A stretch of DNA of 16,993 nucleotides from Deltaproteobacteria bacterium. GTDB taxonomy: Bacteria; Desulfobacterota; Binatia; UBA12015. Positions 6,433-15,509 of this stretch are shown here, in pieces. The notes under the pieces are model-generated. The model saw only the letters and a program-made list of their open reading frames with translations, did no database searches and was not told the origin of the DNA. Position 1 is the stretch's first letter, and each line of letters begins with the position of its first letter. The translations under genes and the position numbers were made by a program. The stretch covers positions 1 to 16,993 of the forward strand of contig JAYGCM010000022.1 of NCBI GenBank assembly GCA_046583355.1. The letters run 5' to 3'.

Positions 6433-7782
6433 ATGCTCCGTAGGTTCTCGGCAATCTTCATCGTGGCGACGGCCCTTGTTGCGGGCGGTTGCCTGTCGCA
6501 CGACCCCTTGGTGGTCCCGCCCGGGCCGACCGCGGCGCCTCCGGGTGCCGACCTCTACGTCTACGTCGCCGAAGGGCGCGATTCCGTGCTCGGTACCTTC
6601 GGCGGTGCCATCAGCGTCTACCAACTCAGCGCCGACGCCGAGTTCCTGGAAGGTGGCCCGCAGGCCAGCATCCCCTTGGCCAACCCGCGCCGGCTCGCCA
6701 GGCACCCCGAACTCGACGTTCTCTATGTGCTCGGGCTCAACCAGATCTTTGCCTTCGATATCACCGGCGGCGGCCTACGCTCGCTTTGCGACGATCCCGA
6801 AGACACGCTTTCGCCGCCGTGCGCCACCGCACCGCGGCCCGGGGCCAACCCGCTCGACCTGATCGTCCGCCAATCGGTCGATATGAATTGGGTCCTCTAT
6901 GTCGTCGACGGCGGAATTCAGCTCGACCAACTCACACCGACGCGCGTGGCCGCCTATCCGCTGGATGAAAATGGCGGCCTACCCGTGCGGGCCTCTTCCG
7001 GGGCGCGGAACTTCAATTCGCTACTCTATCGCGGCCTCGCCATTGCGGGCCACGATCTCTACATCGCCGACTCGAACCTGAGTGAGGTCGACCGCTTCCC
7101 GATTGCCAACGACGGCTCGCTGCCGATCCCAGCCCCCACTCCGGCGCCAACCCCCTCGCCTGCACCGCCGACACCCACGGCCATCCCGACAGCCTCGCCC
7201 GAACCGACGCCGAGCCCCGAACCCACAGCAACGCCGATCCCCACGCCGACACCAGACCGCTGGTTCGTGCCAGGGCCGCAGCGCATCAAGATAGGCGCGA
7301 TTCCGGGCACCGATCCGGCACAGCGCATTCTTTACGTCATCACCAACCGCATTCAGCGTCTCTCCTCCTACACGCTCGACGAAGACGGCCAACTCACGGA
7401 TTCGCCCGTGGTCGGCGACCAGATCGCCGGCTTCTACCAGGACCTCATCGTCAGCCCCGACAATACGCGGCTCTTCGGCGCCGCCTTCCAGGTCGGGCGA
7501 CTCGATGTCTATGCCCTCGACGAAGACGGCAATATCATGCCGGAATCTCTGGTCACGACAGCCGAAGACCCCAGCGGCTACCCCACAGGGCTGGCCTGGC
7601 TGACGTTCACGGACACAAGCGGCGACGAGCAACACCGACTCTTCGTGTCGCAAGGCGGCTTCGGTCGTGTCGACTCCTACCGCGTGCTCACCGGCGACAG
7701 GCTGGCCGAAGATCCCGTAACCAGTAGCCTGGCCAAGCCCGATAGCTTCCCGACCGACGTCCTCGTCTTCGTCGACGACTGA
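6433..7782 (+). CDS. Lipoprotein, lactonase-like beta-propeller with an internal Pro/Thr-rich insert
   Basis: Signal MLRRFSAIFIVATALVAGG-C (lipobox-like). Repeated blade motifs (LYV..., ISVYQLSADAE, VAAYPLDENGGL, LSSYTLDEDGQL, LDVYALDEDGNI). PT-rich run at ~7123-7257. Confidence 0.75.
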   Translation: MLRRFSAIFIVATALVAGGCLSHDPLVVPPGPTAAPPGADLYVYVAEGRDSVLGTFGGAISVYQLSADAEFLEGGPQASIPLANPRRLARHPELDVLYVLGLNQIFAFDITGGGLRSLCDDPEDTLSPPCATAPRPGANPLDLIVRQSVDMNWVLYVVDGGIQLDQLTPTRVAAYPLDENGGLPVRASSGARNFNSLLYRGLAIAGHDLYIADSNLSEVDRFPIANDGSLPIPAPTPAPTPSPAPPTPTAIPTASPEPTPSPEPTATPIPTPTPDRWFVPGPQRIKIGAIPGTDPAQRILYVITNRIQRLSSYTLDEDGQLTDSPVVGDQIAGFYQDLIVSPDNTRLFGAAFQVGRLDVYALDEDGNIMPESLVTTAEDPSGYPTGLAWLTFTDTSGDEQHRLFVSQGGFGRVDSYRVLTGDRLAEDPVTSSLAKPDSFPTDVLVFVDD

Positions 7783-7834
7783 TACCGGGGGCGCAGCGGT
7801 TGACCGCAGGGGCGTGTCGCGCTTAGACGGAGCC

Positions 7835-8263
7835 ATGGAGACTGTTGAAGCCCTTGTTGCCGATCACGATTTTCTCGTCTTTGCCCGTTTTGCCACGATG
7901 GCGTTCTTCGCGATCGTCTTCCTGCAATCCGGCTTTGATAAGGTCTCCGATCAAGAAGGCAACCAGTCCTACTTTCAGGACGTCTTCAAGAACGCACCGG
8001 CTCTGCTGAGCCTCAGTGGCCCGCTCTTCTGGGGGCTCACGATTCTCGAACTCAGCGCCGGCGTCTTCTCCGCCCTGAGCATCGTCACCCTCAGCTTCGT
8101 CTCCGGCGGCTTCTTCGCGCTCTGGGGCATCCGCTTCGCCACCTTGGCCCTGCTCGCCCTGATCTTCGGCCAGCGCATGGCCAAGGACTACGCCGGCGCC
8201 GCCGTTGTCGCCGCCTATATGGCCGTAGCCCTGCTCGGCAACCTCCTCTTCGCCATCGGCTAA
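7835..8263 (+). CDS. DoxX-family membrane protein
   Basis: FFAIVFLQSGFDKVSD, LTILELSAG, LIFGQRMAKDYAGAA; four hydrophobic segments. Confidence 0.8.
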   Translation: METVEALVADHDFLVFARFATMAFFAIVFLQSGFDKVSDQEGNQSYFQDVFKNAPALLSLSGPLFWGLTILELSAGVFSALSIVTLSFVSGGFFALWGIRFATLALLALIFGQRMAKDYAGAAVVAAYMAVALLGNLLFAIG

Positions 8264-8268
8264 GAGGC

Positions 8269-8288
8269 CCGTCCCCTGAAGGGGACGG
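8269..8288. terminator. Hairpin between convergent genes
   Basis: CCGTCCCC-tgaa-GGGGACGG between the DoxX and DUF2333 stops; no U-tract. Confidence 0.55.
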
Positions 8289-9182
8289 TTATTTGTCGAT
8301 TTCTTCGCGGATCGAGTATATCTTCTGGCGGGCCTCGGTGACGTAGGCGTCGAGATTGCGACGCTGGTTGGCGAGCAGGCTGGTGTCGGCGCCGTTCAGG
8401 ACGATGATTGGCTTCATCGCGCCGCAGCGCGCAAGCGAGACTCGTGTCTCGGCCATGAGTTCGGCAAGGATCGGCCGCTGCTGGAACTCGCGGCCGTATT
8501 CGATCTCGACGGCCGGGATCGTATACGCGATTGCGTGGCAGACGCCGGTTGCGTGGTAGAAGGCGTCGTCAACCGCAAACCAGGCGATCGTATCGCTCAA
8601 TAATTCGGCGTGCACGGCGCCCAGCAGATCAGACCAGGCCTGCATGAGGCGCATCAGCTCGACATTACGCGCATGGATCGGCTTCGAGGTCGGCGGCTCG
8701 GCGCTCAGGCCGGCCACATAGGCGTCGAATCTCGCGACGGCTTCTTTGTAGCGGCCCTCCGCCGAGGGGAAGGCCCATTTCTCCGGATCGTTGCGCAGCA
8801 GGTTGTCGGCGGCGACCAGGTTCGCGTCATAATCATCACTCGAGACCTTGGTCAGGTGGTCTTTGAAGATACGCACCGTCTCGCGCAGGGCTTGGAGAAT
8901 CCCGAGCTGTCGGCTCGCATTATTATCGGCCATCGTGACCGGCCCCCAGAAGACGAGATCGTTGGGCCGCCATCCCGTCGTGCCCGAGAGCTCGTTGGAC
9001 ATGATCGCGGCAACCGTAGTGCCGAAGGCCGCGCCGGCCAGTGCCGGGCTGCCATCGGCGGTGCCGGGCACAAGCTCGATCACCAACGCGTCATGGCGCT
9101 TCTGACCGAAATGTAGGGCGAGCGGCCCCGCTACCAAAAAAACCGTCAGAACCACCGCTACCAGAGCCAACCATCGTCGCAT
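8289..9182 (-). CDS. DUF2333-family protein (N-terminal membrane anchor)
   Basis: GWRPND, DNNASRQLG, W.FPSAEGRY, DDAFYHATG, PIIVLNG...LANQR. SD AAGGAGAGG. Confidence 0.75.
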   Translation of the reverse strand: MRRWLALVAVVLTVFLVAGPLALHFGQKRHDALVIELVPGTADGSPALAGAAFGTTVAAIMSNELSGTTGWRPNDLVFWGPVTMADNNASRQLGILQALRETVRIFKDHLTKVSSDDYDANLVAADNLLRNDPEKWAFPSAEGRYKEAVARFDAYVAGLSAEPPTSKPIHARNVELMRLMQAWSDLLGAVHAELLSDTIAWFAVDDAFYHATGVCHAIAYTIPAVEIEYGREFQQRPILAELMAETRVSLARCGAMKPIIVLNGADTSLLANQRRNLDAYVTEARQKIYSIREEIDK

Positions 9183-9347
9183 GAGCTTCCTCTCCTTGGC
9201 TGCACCCAGAGTGCGCCTGCACCTCTCCTACTACACGCCATGGCAGCCGGGCTCCATGGAAAATAGAAGGAAAATGGCTTGCCCGCAGCCCCTTCGCTAT
9301 GAAATTCTATCCCGACAGCCCCCCAAACCTTGGAGGAGAGGTTTCCG

Positions 9348-11339
9348 ATGCAGAGTTCTGGTTTCATTCGCGCAGCACTGACGCTGAGCATGGTATTCGT
9401 CACAACGAACGCCTTCGCACAAGCAACATTTCTGGACTTTGCCGCGTTTGGCTCGACGAACTGTATCCTGGGCAACAATGTGATCATAGAAGACAGCAAC
9501 GACCCCGGCGGCACGCTGCTGCCGACCCTGCTGGTCGGCGGCAACAGCGATGTGCATGTGCGGCGCGGCGCACAGGTCGGCGGCGTACGCGCCGGTGGCG
9601 ATCTCGTGCTCGGAAAATCGACCGGCTCAGGCGATAGCGGGCTCGCCATCCGCGGCGATGTGGTCGGCAACGCGGAGATCCAGGTCTACCGCGACTCCAC
9701 CATTGACGGCGACATCGATGGCGGCACGGATATCGTGATCGGACCCGATTGCGACGTGACCGGACATGTGACCGCAGGCGGAACCCTCGACCTCGACCCG
9801 AGCACCACCGTCGGCGGCCAGACCGCCGGCGGCAGCCCGGCCAGCGTACCCAGCCTCGCGCTGCCCTCATCAACCACCTTCAGCCCCGGCACCACCGCCG
9901 TCGGCGACGGCTCCGGCGGCGCCATAATCGACCTCGCTCCGGGCGATTATGGCGTGCTTGACGTAGGCGCCGCCAGCACCCTCACCTTGCATTCCGGCAC
10001 TTATACCTTCGCGAGCATCAGCGTGGGGCAGAACTCCACGCTCGAACTCGAGTTCACCACCTCCGGCATGCCGGTCGAAATCGACGAGATCGCGCTCCTC
10101 GTCACAGGCGATGCCACCTTCGGCAACAGCCTGGATATCGATGTGAACGGCGAGACCGGCACCAGCGGCCCAGCCGATATAGAACGCAAAGATTTCTCCG
10201 GCGGGCTCGTGCTCGAATCGCATGGCTCGTTCCATCTGCAACAAAGCGGCCAATGGGTCGGACTCGTCATTGCCCCCTTCGGCTCAATCACCTTCGGCAA
10301 ATCCTCGCAGATCTGGGGCGCTGGCTGGGGTCTGTCCACGCATATCAAACAAGGTTCGGTGATAGACTTCCAACTTGCCGACCGTTTCGACGGCGAGGAC
10401 GTCCGCGTTCCGCGCATCGACTTCGCCCTCTACTCGGAGAAAAAAACCACCGTCGGTAAGGATGTGATCGTCTCCTTCACGGCCTCGGTGGGCAGCAACG
10501 GCGATGTAAAGGTAAAAAGCGGCGGCCAGACCGGCTCGGTCCGTACCGGCCGCAAGCTCTTCACCGGCATCGCCGCCGTCATCCATGGCAACCAGGTCGG
10601 CAACCGCCGCGCCTATATTCGCGACGGCTCGATCGTCGAAGGCAGCGTCGATGGGGGCTCCGATAAGGGCCGCGTGAACCTCGGCCGCAACACCACGATC
10701 TCAGGCATCGTGCATTCCGGCGGCGATGTCCTTCTGGGCGAGAACGCACAGGTGAACTGCGTGGACGCGACCTGCATCTTCCCCGATTCCGAAGACACCG
10801 CCGTACATCCCTATATCGACCTCATGGAGGTGCTGGTCGACGGCATACCGGCGGTAATCGTCGGCACCGACACGGCACCCGATCATATCGTGCCACGTGA
10901 CTCCGAGCTCACGCTGCCTCCGGGCACCTATGGGCTGGTCAAGCTCGGCGCACGTGCGACGCTGAATCTCTCGTCGGGCGAGTATTTCTTCGAGACCTTG
11001 AAAACCGGCAAATCCAGCACGCTGAACCTCGACCTGATAGGTGGCGAATTGGCGATCTTCGCATTGCGCGACGTGAAGATGGGAACCGCCCAGACCATCA
11101 ATCTTACAGGTGGCGACGCCACCGATATCTACGTCGAAGCGCACCGCAACGTGAAAATCGGTCGCGGAGGCGACTGGTTCGGGACGATCTACGCACCGTA
11201 TAAGAACGTGATCATCGGCCAGGACGTCCCCTTCCTCGGGGCTGCCTATGCCGGCAAGAACGTCATCGTAAAAGACGGCTCCTCGGTCGACTTCCACCTC
11301 GCCGACCGGCTCTACCATATCATCACGCCGACACCCTGA
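9348..11339 (+). CDS. Large secreted Gly-rich beta-helix/solenoid-like protein with two tandem homologous domains
   Basis: Signal peptide ending AFA-Q and SD GGAGGAGAGG before ATG 9348. Internal duplication: LAPGDYGVLDVGAASTLTLHSGTYTF / LPPGTYGLVKLGARATLNLSSGEYFF; WVGLVIAPFG / WFGTIYAPYK; VIDFQLADRF / SVDFHLADRL. Confidence 0.8.
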   Translation: MQSSGFIRAALTLSMVFVTTNAFAQATFLDFAAFGSTNCILGNNVIIEDSNDPGGTLLPTLLVGGNSDVHVRRGAQVGGVRAGGDLVLGKSTGSGDSGLAIRGDVVGNAEIQVYRDSTIDGDIDGGTDIVIGPDCDVTGHVTAGGTLDLDPSTTVGGQTAGGSPASVPSLALPSSTTFSPGTTAVGDGSGGAIIDLAPGDYGVLDVGAASTLTLHSGTYTFASISVGQNSTLELEFTTSGMPVEIDEIALLVTGDATFGNSLDIDVNGETGTSGPADIERKDFSGGLVLESHGSFHLQQSGQWVGLVIAPFGSITFGKSSQIWGAGWGLSTHIKQGSVIDFQLADRFDGEDVRVPRIDFALYSEKKTTVGKDVIVSFTASVGSNGDVKVKSGGQTGSVRTGRKLFTGIAAVIHGNQVGNRRAYIRDGSIVEGSVDGGSDKGRVNLGRNTTISGIVHSGGDVLLGENAQVNCVDATCIFPDSEDTAVHPYIDLMEVLVDGIPAVIVGTDTAPDHIVPRDSELTLPPGTYGLVKLGARATLNLSSGEYFFETLKTGKSSTLNLDLIGGELAIFALRDVKMGTAQTINLTGGDATDIYVEAHRNVKIGRGGDWFGTIYAPYKNVIIGQDVPFLGAAYAGKNVIVKDGSSVDFHLADRLYHIITPTP

Positions 11340-11350
11340 CGCATTCGGAC

Positions 11351-11387
11351 GCAGCGGCGCCGGGGGACTCTCTCCCGACGCCGCTGC
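11351..11387 (+). terminator. GC-rich hairpin after the secreted-protein gene
   Basis: GCAGCGGCG...CGCCGCTGC inverted repeat with inner CGGG/CCCG pairing; no U-tract. Confidence 0.5.
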
Positions 11388-11426
11388 CCCGTGCAACACG
11401 CCCATTCAAGGGATACGAGCAGCGGT

Positions 11427-12725
11427 GTGACAATCCCGCGATGTGAAGACCTAGTAGTACGGCAATTGGGCGAGCCGTGTATCCCCTCGCCCCTGGGCGG
11501 CGTCTTCATCCCGCGCGATGCCCGCGTCGCCGCGCCCACCAGCCCCGATGAGATCCTCAAATGCCTGGAGTCGGGGCCGATTCCCGCGTTCGTCGCCTCG
11601 GGAAGGCGTGCGTCCCTCATCATGTCTCCGCCCGAGACAACCATCGGCGTCGTCACCTGCGGCGGCCTCTGCCCCGGCCTGAACGACGTCATCCGTGCGG
11701 TCACCCGCGTTGCCCTGCGCCGCTACGGAGTGCGACGTGTGCTCGGGTTCCGCTACGGCTTCGCCGGCATTCCCATCGCCAATGGCCACGAACCGCTGGA
11801 CCTGACGCTCGAGCGTGTCGCCACCGTGCACCGCGAGGCGGGTTCCATCCTCGGCGTTTCGCGCGGCAAACAAGATATTGAGGCGCTGGTCGACGGCCTG
11901 GTCGAGTACGGCATCAGCACGCTGATCGCCATCGGCGGCGACGGTACGCTGCGCGCCGTGCATGCCATTTGCCAGGAAATCGAGAAGCGTGGGCTGGTGA
12001 TTCCGGTCATCGCCGTGCCCAAGACGATCGACAACGATATCAGCTGGGTACAGCGCAGCTTCGGCCTCGACACGGCCGTCGCCGTGGCCCGCGACGCCCT
12101 CGACGTCGCCTCCAATGAAGCGCGGGCGGCCTGGGACGGCGTCGGCCTGGTGCGCCTGATGGGCCGCGAGTCCGGTTTCATCACCGCCATGGCCACATTG
12201 GCAAGCGGCGTGGTTGATTTTTGTCTGATCCCCGAGGTCCCCTTTACCATCGAGGGCAAAGGCGGCCTGCTCGATGCCATCGAGAGGCGCCTGCGCGAGC
12301 GCCGCGCTTGTGTGATCGCCGTGGCCGAGGGCGCCGGCCACGACCTTCTCGGCACGGCCTCCATCGACGCCTCCGGAAACCCCGTGCCACACGATATCGG
12401 CACGCATCTGCGCGACACGATCGTGACGGAACTGCGCGGACGCGGCATCCCGGTCAATATCAAATATATCGACCCCAGCTATATGGTCCGGGGCACCCGC
12501 GCCACGGCCAGCGACTCGGTTTTTTGCACCACGCTGGGCCAGCAGGCCGTCCACGCCGCCCTGGGTGGCTACACCGATTGCGTGATCGGCCATTGGAGCC
12601 AGCATTTCACGCTCGTCCCCACCCAATTGGCGACCGCCACACGCCAACGCGTGAACCCCGACTCCTCGCTCTGGCGCTCCGTGCTGGCCGTGACCGGCCA
12701 ATCGCTTGCCGCACCGACTGGATGA
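11427..12725 (+). CDS. pfkA: 6-phosphofructokinase, ATP-dependent clade X (PfkA group II-like)
   Basis: VVTCGGLCPGLNDVIR, IGGDGT, PKTIDNDI, LMGRESGFI, KYIDPSYMVR. GTG 11427 is preferred on promoter geometry; the ORF track gives 11391. Confidence 0.92.
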   Translation: MTIPRCEDLVVRQLGEPCIPSPLGGVFIPRDARVAAPTSPDEILKCLESGPIPAFVASGRRASLIMSPPETTIGVVTCGGLCPGLNDVIRAVTRVALRRYGVRRVLGFRYGFAGIPIANGHEPLDLTLERVATVHREAGSILGVSRGKQDIEALVDGLVEYGISTLIAIGGDGTLRAVHAICQEIEKRGLVIPVIAVPKTIDNDISWVQRSFGLDTAVAVARDALDVASNEARAAWDGVGLVRLMGRESGFITAMATLASGVVDFCLIPEVPFTIEGKGGLLDAIERRLRERRACVIAVAEGAGHDLLGTASIDASGNPVPHDIGTHLRDTIVTELRGRGIPVNIKYIDPSYMVRGTRATASDSVFCTTLGQQAVHAALGGYTDCVIGHWSQHFTLVPTQLATATRQRVNPDSSLWRSVLAVTGQSLAAPTG

Positions 12726-12754
12726 GCGCCCCTGGCTCTCCTATGATGGCCGGT

Positions 12755-14365
12755 ATGAGCAAGCACGACACGTCGGCCGGGGAATATGACGCCCTCGTGG
12801 TCGGTGCCGGTTTCGCCGGCCTCTATATGCTGCACCGCCTGCGCGGCATGGGCCTCTCGGTGCGCGTCTTCGAGACCGGCTCGGACGTCGGCGGCACCTG
12901 GTTCTGGAACCGCTACCCGGGCGCGCGCTGCGATATCGAGAGCATGGAGTATTCCTACCAATTCTCCGACGAACTCCAGCAGGAATGGCAGTGGAGCGAG
13001 CGCTACGCGACGCAGCCCGAAATCCTGCGCTACGTCCAGCACGTCACCAAGCGCTTCGACCTGCGCCGCGATATCTCGTTTGAGACCCGTGTCGAATCGG
13101 CCACCTTCGACGAGGCGCGCCAGCACTGGTCGGTTACCACCTCGACCGGTCAAGCCACCGGGCGTTTCTTGATCCTGGCAACCGGCTGCCTCTCGATGCC
13201 GAATGTGCCCGATTTTCCAGGCCTCGAGAGCTTCGCCGGCAATACCTATCAGACCCAGAGATGGCCCCATGAAGGCGTGGACTTCACGGGGAAACGGGTT
13301 GGCATCATCGGCACCGGCTCCTCGGCAATCCAATCCGCGCCGATCATCGCAGCCGAAGCCGAACACCTTTTTTTGTTCCAGCGCACGCCGAATTATTCCG
13401 TGCCGGCCCACAACCGGCCGCTCGACACGGAAGTCGTCGCTGACATCAAAGGCGATTACGCGAACTTCCGCGCCGCCAACAAACTCATGATCTCGGGCGC
13501 GGGCTCGCGAACTCCAGCCAATATGGAGACCGGCGTATTGGAGGCCGAGACCGAAGAACGCCGCCGCGTCTTTGCCGAGCGCTGGGCCACCGGCGGCCTC
13601 GGATTCCTGGGCGCCTTCAACGACCTGCTTCTGCTGCCGGACGCCAACGAATTGGCGGCCGCTTTCGTGCATGACAAGATCCACGAGATCGTAGACGACC
13701 CGGCGACGGCCAAACTTCTCGAGCCTGATTATTCGATTGGCTGCAAGCGCATGTGTGTCGACACCGGCTATTACGAGATGTTCAACCGCCCCAACGTGAC
13801 CCTTGTCGATGTGCGCGAGCCGCCCATCGAGGCCATCACCAAGCGTGGCCTGCGCGCGGGCGGCCAGGAATACGAATTCGATAGCCTGATTCTCGCCACC
13901 GGCTTCGATGCCATGACCGGTGCCATCCTCGGCATGGAGATCCGCGGCCGCGACAGTCGCGCGCTCACTGAAAAGTGGGCCGAGGGGCCGCGCACCTACC
14001 TCGGCTTGCAGACCGCGGGCTTCCCCAACCTCTTCACCATCACCGGCCCCGGCAGCCCCTCGGTGCTCACCAATATGCTGCCGTCCATCGAGCAGCATGT
14101 GAACTTCATCGCCGCTACGATCGAGCATATGAAGGAGCGTGGCGCCTCGACCATCGAGGCCATGCCCGAGGCCGAAGATGCCTGGGTCGCGCAGGTCAAT
14201 ATGATCGCCGACGCGACCCTATTGGGCGGCTGCAACTCCTGGTATCTCGGCGCCAATATCCCCGGCAAGCCGCGCGTCTTCATGCCGTATCTCGGCTTTC
14301 CCGATTACGTCGCGCAATGCGAGGCCATCGTCGCCGACGGCTACAGAGGCTTCGTGCTAGCTTGA
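12755..14365 (+). CDS. Type I Baeyer-Villiger monooxygenase (PAMO/CHMO family)
   Basis: VVGAGFAG, GGTWFWNRYPGARCDIES, IGTGSSAIQ, QRTPNY, ATGFDA, SWYLGANIPGKPR. Alternative start 12722 overlaps the pfk stop. Confidence 0.95.
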   Translation: MSKHDTSAGEYDALVVGAGFAGLYMLHRLRGMGLSVRVFETGSDVGGTWFWNRYPGARCDIESMEYSYQFSDELQQEWQWSERYATQPEILRYVQHVTKRFDLRRDISFETRVESATFDEARQHWSVTTSTGQATGRFLILATGCLSMPNVPDFPGLESFAGNTYQTQRWPHEGVDFTGKRVGIIGTGSSAIQSAPIIAAEAEHLFLFQRTPNYSVPAHNRPLDTEVVADIKGDYANFRAANKLMISGAGSRTPANMETGVLEAETEERRRVFAERWATGGLGFLGAFNDLLLLPDANELAAAFVHDKIHEIVDDPATAKLLEPDYSIGCKRMCVDTGYYEMFNRPNVTLVDVREPPIEAITKRGLRAGGQEYEFDSLILATGFDAMTGAILGMEIRGRDSRALTEKWAEGPRTYLGLQTAGFPNLFTITGPGSPSVLTNMLPSIEQHVNFIAATIEHMKERGASTIEAMPEAEDAWVAQVNMIADATLLGGCNSWYLGANIPGKPRVFMPYLGFPDYVAQCEAIVADGYRGFVLA

Positions 14366-14411
14366 GCGGCGCGGCCAACAGATCAACGAGTATATCCACA
14401 AGGAATCCACG

Positions 14412-15497
14412 ATGAAACGTTTTGCCGTAATCATGGCAGGTGGCTCCGGCGAGCGCTTCTGGCCCGCCAGCCGCCGCGCCCGCCCCAAACAATTGCTCAA
14501 GCTGACCGATCCTGAGTTGACGATGCTCGAAGAAGCAATCGTGCGCATCGAGCCGCTGATCCCGCGCGAAAACGTCGTCGTCGCGACCAGCGAGATCCTC
14601 GCCGAGCCGATCCGCCGAGCCCTGCCCTCGCTGCCGCCACAGAATGTTCTCGCCGAGCCGGAGAAAAAGAATACCGCCGCCTGCCTCGCGCTGGCCGCCG
14701 CCTTCCTGGAAAAAGAGCACGGCGACCCGGCCGAGCTCGCCATGGCCGTACTGACCGCCGACCATCTGATCGGCGACCAGGACGCCTTCCGCGCCACCGT
14801 AGATGCCGCACTTTCCGCGGCCAACCAAAACGGCACGCTGGTGACCATCGGCGTACCGCCGACGCGCCCCGAGACCGGCTACGGCTACGTCGAGGTCGAA
14901 GACGATCTGGCGAACGCCGCACCTTCCTTGCCGGTGGCGGCCTTCCGCGAAAAGCCCGACCTGGAGACCGCCAAAACCTACCTCGCCTCGGGCCGTCACC
15001 TGTGGAATAGCGGCATGTTCTTCTGGAATGTCGGCGTACTCAACGAAGGCTTCACAAAACATCTCCCCCAACTGGCTGCCGCCCGCCCCGGCATGATCGA
15101 GGCCCTGGGTGGCAAAGGCGACCTCGCTGCGATCTTTGCCTCGTTGGACGATATATCGATTGACTACGGCCTGATGGAGCGCGCCGACAACGTCGCCGTG
15201 GTGCCGGCGAACTTCGAGTGGGACGACGTCGGCTCCTGGGACGCTCTCGCGCGCACGCGCAAGCCCGATGCCGATGGCAATATCAGCACCGGCGAGCCGA
15301 TCCTCATCGATACGAAAGATTGCATCGTCTACAACGCCGCCGGCGGAGACGCACAAGCCGTGGCGGTGATCGGTGTCGAGAACCTCATCGTCGCCACCAC
15401 ACCCGACGGCGTGATCGTCGTGCCCAAAGACCGCGCACAGGACGTGAAGCGTGCGGTGGCGGCGCTGCGCAAAGCCAAACGCGACCAGTTCATCTAG
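14412..15497 (+). CDS. manC: Mannose-1-phosphate guanylyltransferase (monofunctional, no cupin isomerase domain)
   Basis: VIMAGGSGERFWPASR..PKQLL, EPEKKNTA, ADHLI, PETGYGYV, FREKPD, WNSGMF, SIDYGLME, WDDVGSW. Confidence 0.95.
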   Translation: MKRFAVIMAGGSGERFWPASRRARPKQLLKLTDPELTMLEEAIVRIEPLIPRENVVVATSEILAEPIRRALPSLPPQNVLAEPEKKNTAACLALAAAFLEKEHGDPAELAMAVLTADHLIGDQDAFRATVDAALSAANQNGTLVTIGVPPTRPETGYGYVEVEDDLANAAPSLPVAAFREKPDLETAKTYLASGRHLWNSGMFFWNVGVLNEGFTKHLPQLAAARPGMIEALGGKGDLAAIFASLDDISIDYGLMERADNVAVVPANFEWDDVGSWDALARTRKPDADGNISTGEPILIDTKDCIVYNAAGGDAQAVAVIGVENLIVATTPDGVIVVPKDRAQDVKRAVAALRKAKRDQFI

Positions 15498-15509
15498 AGG
15501 AGAGACCCG

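Noticed and set aside
12221..12721. N-terminal extension of the 714-aa BVMO ORF as a fusion domain
   Set aside because: Arg/Pro-rich off-frame read-through overlapping pfk; BVMO homology begins near 12755.
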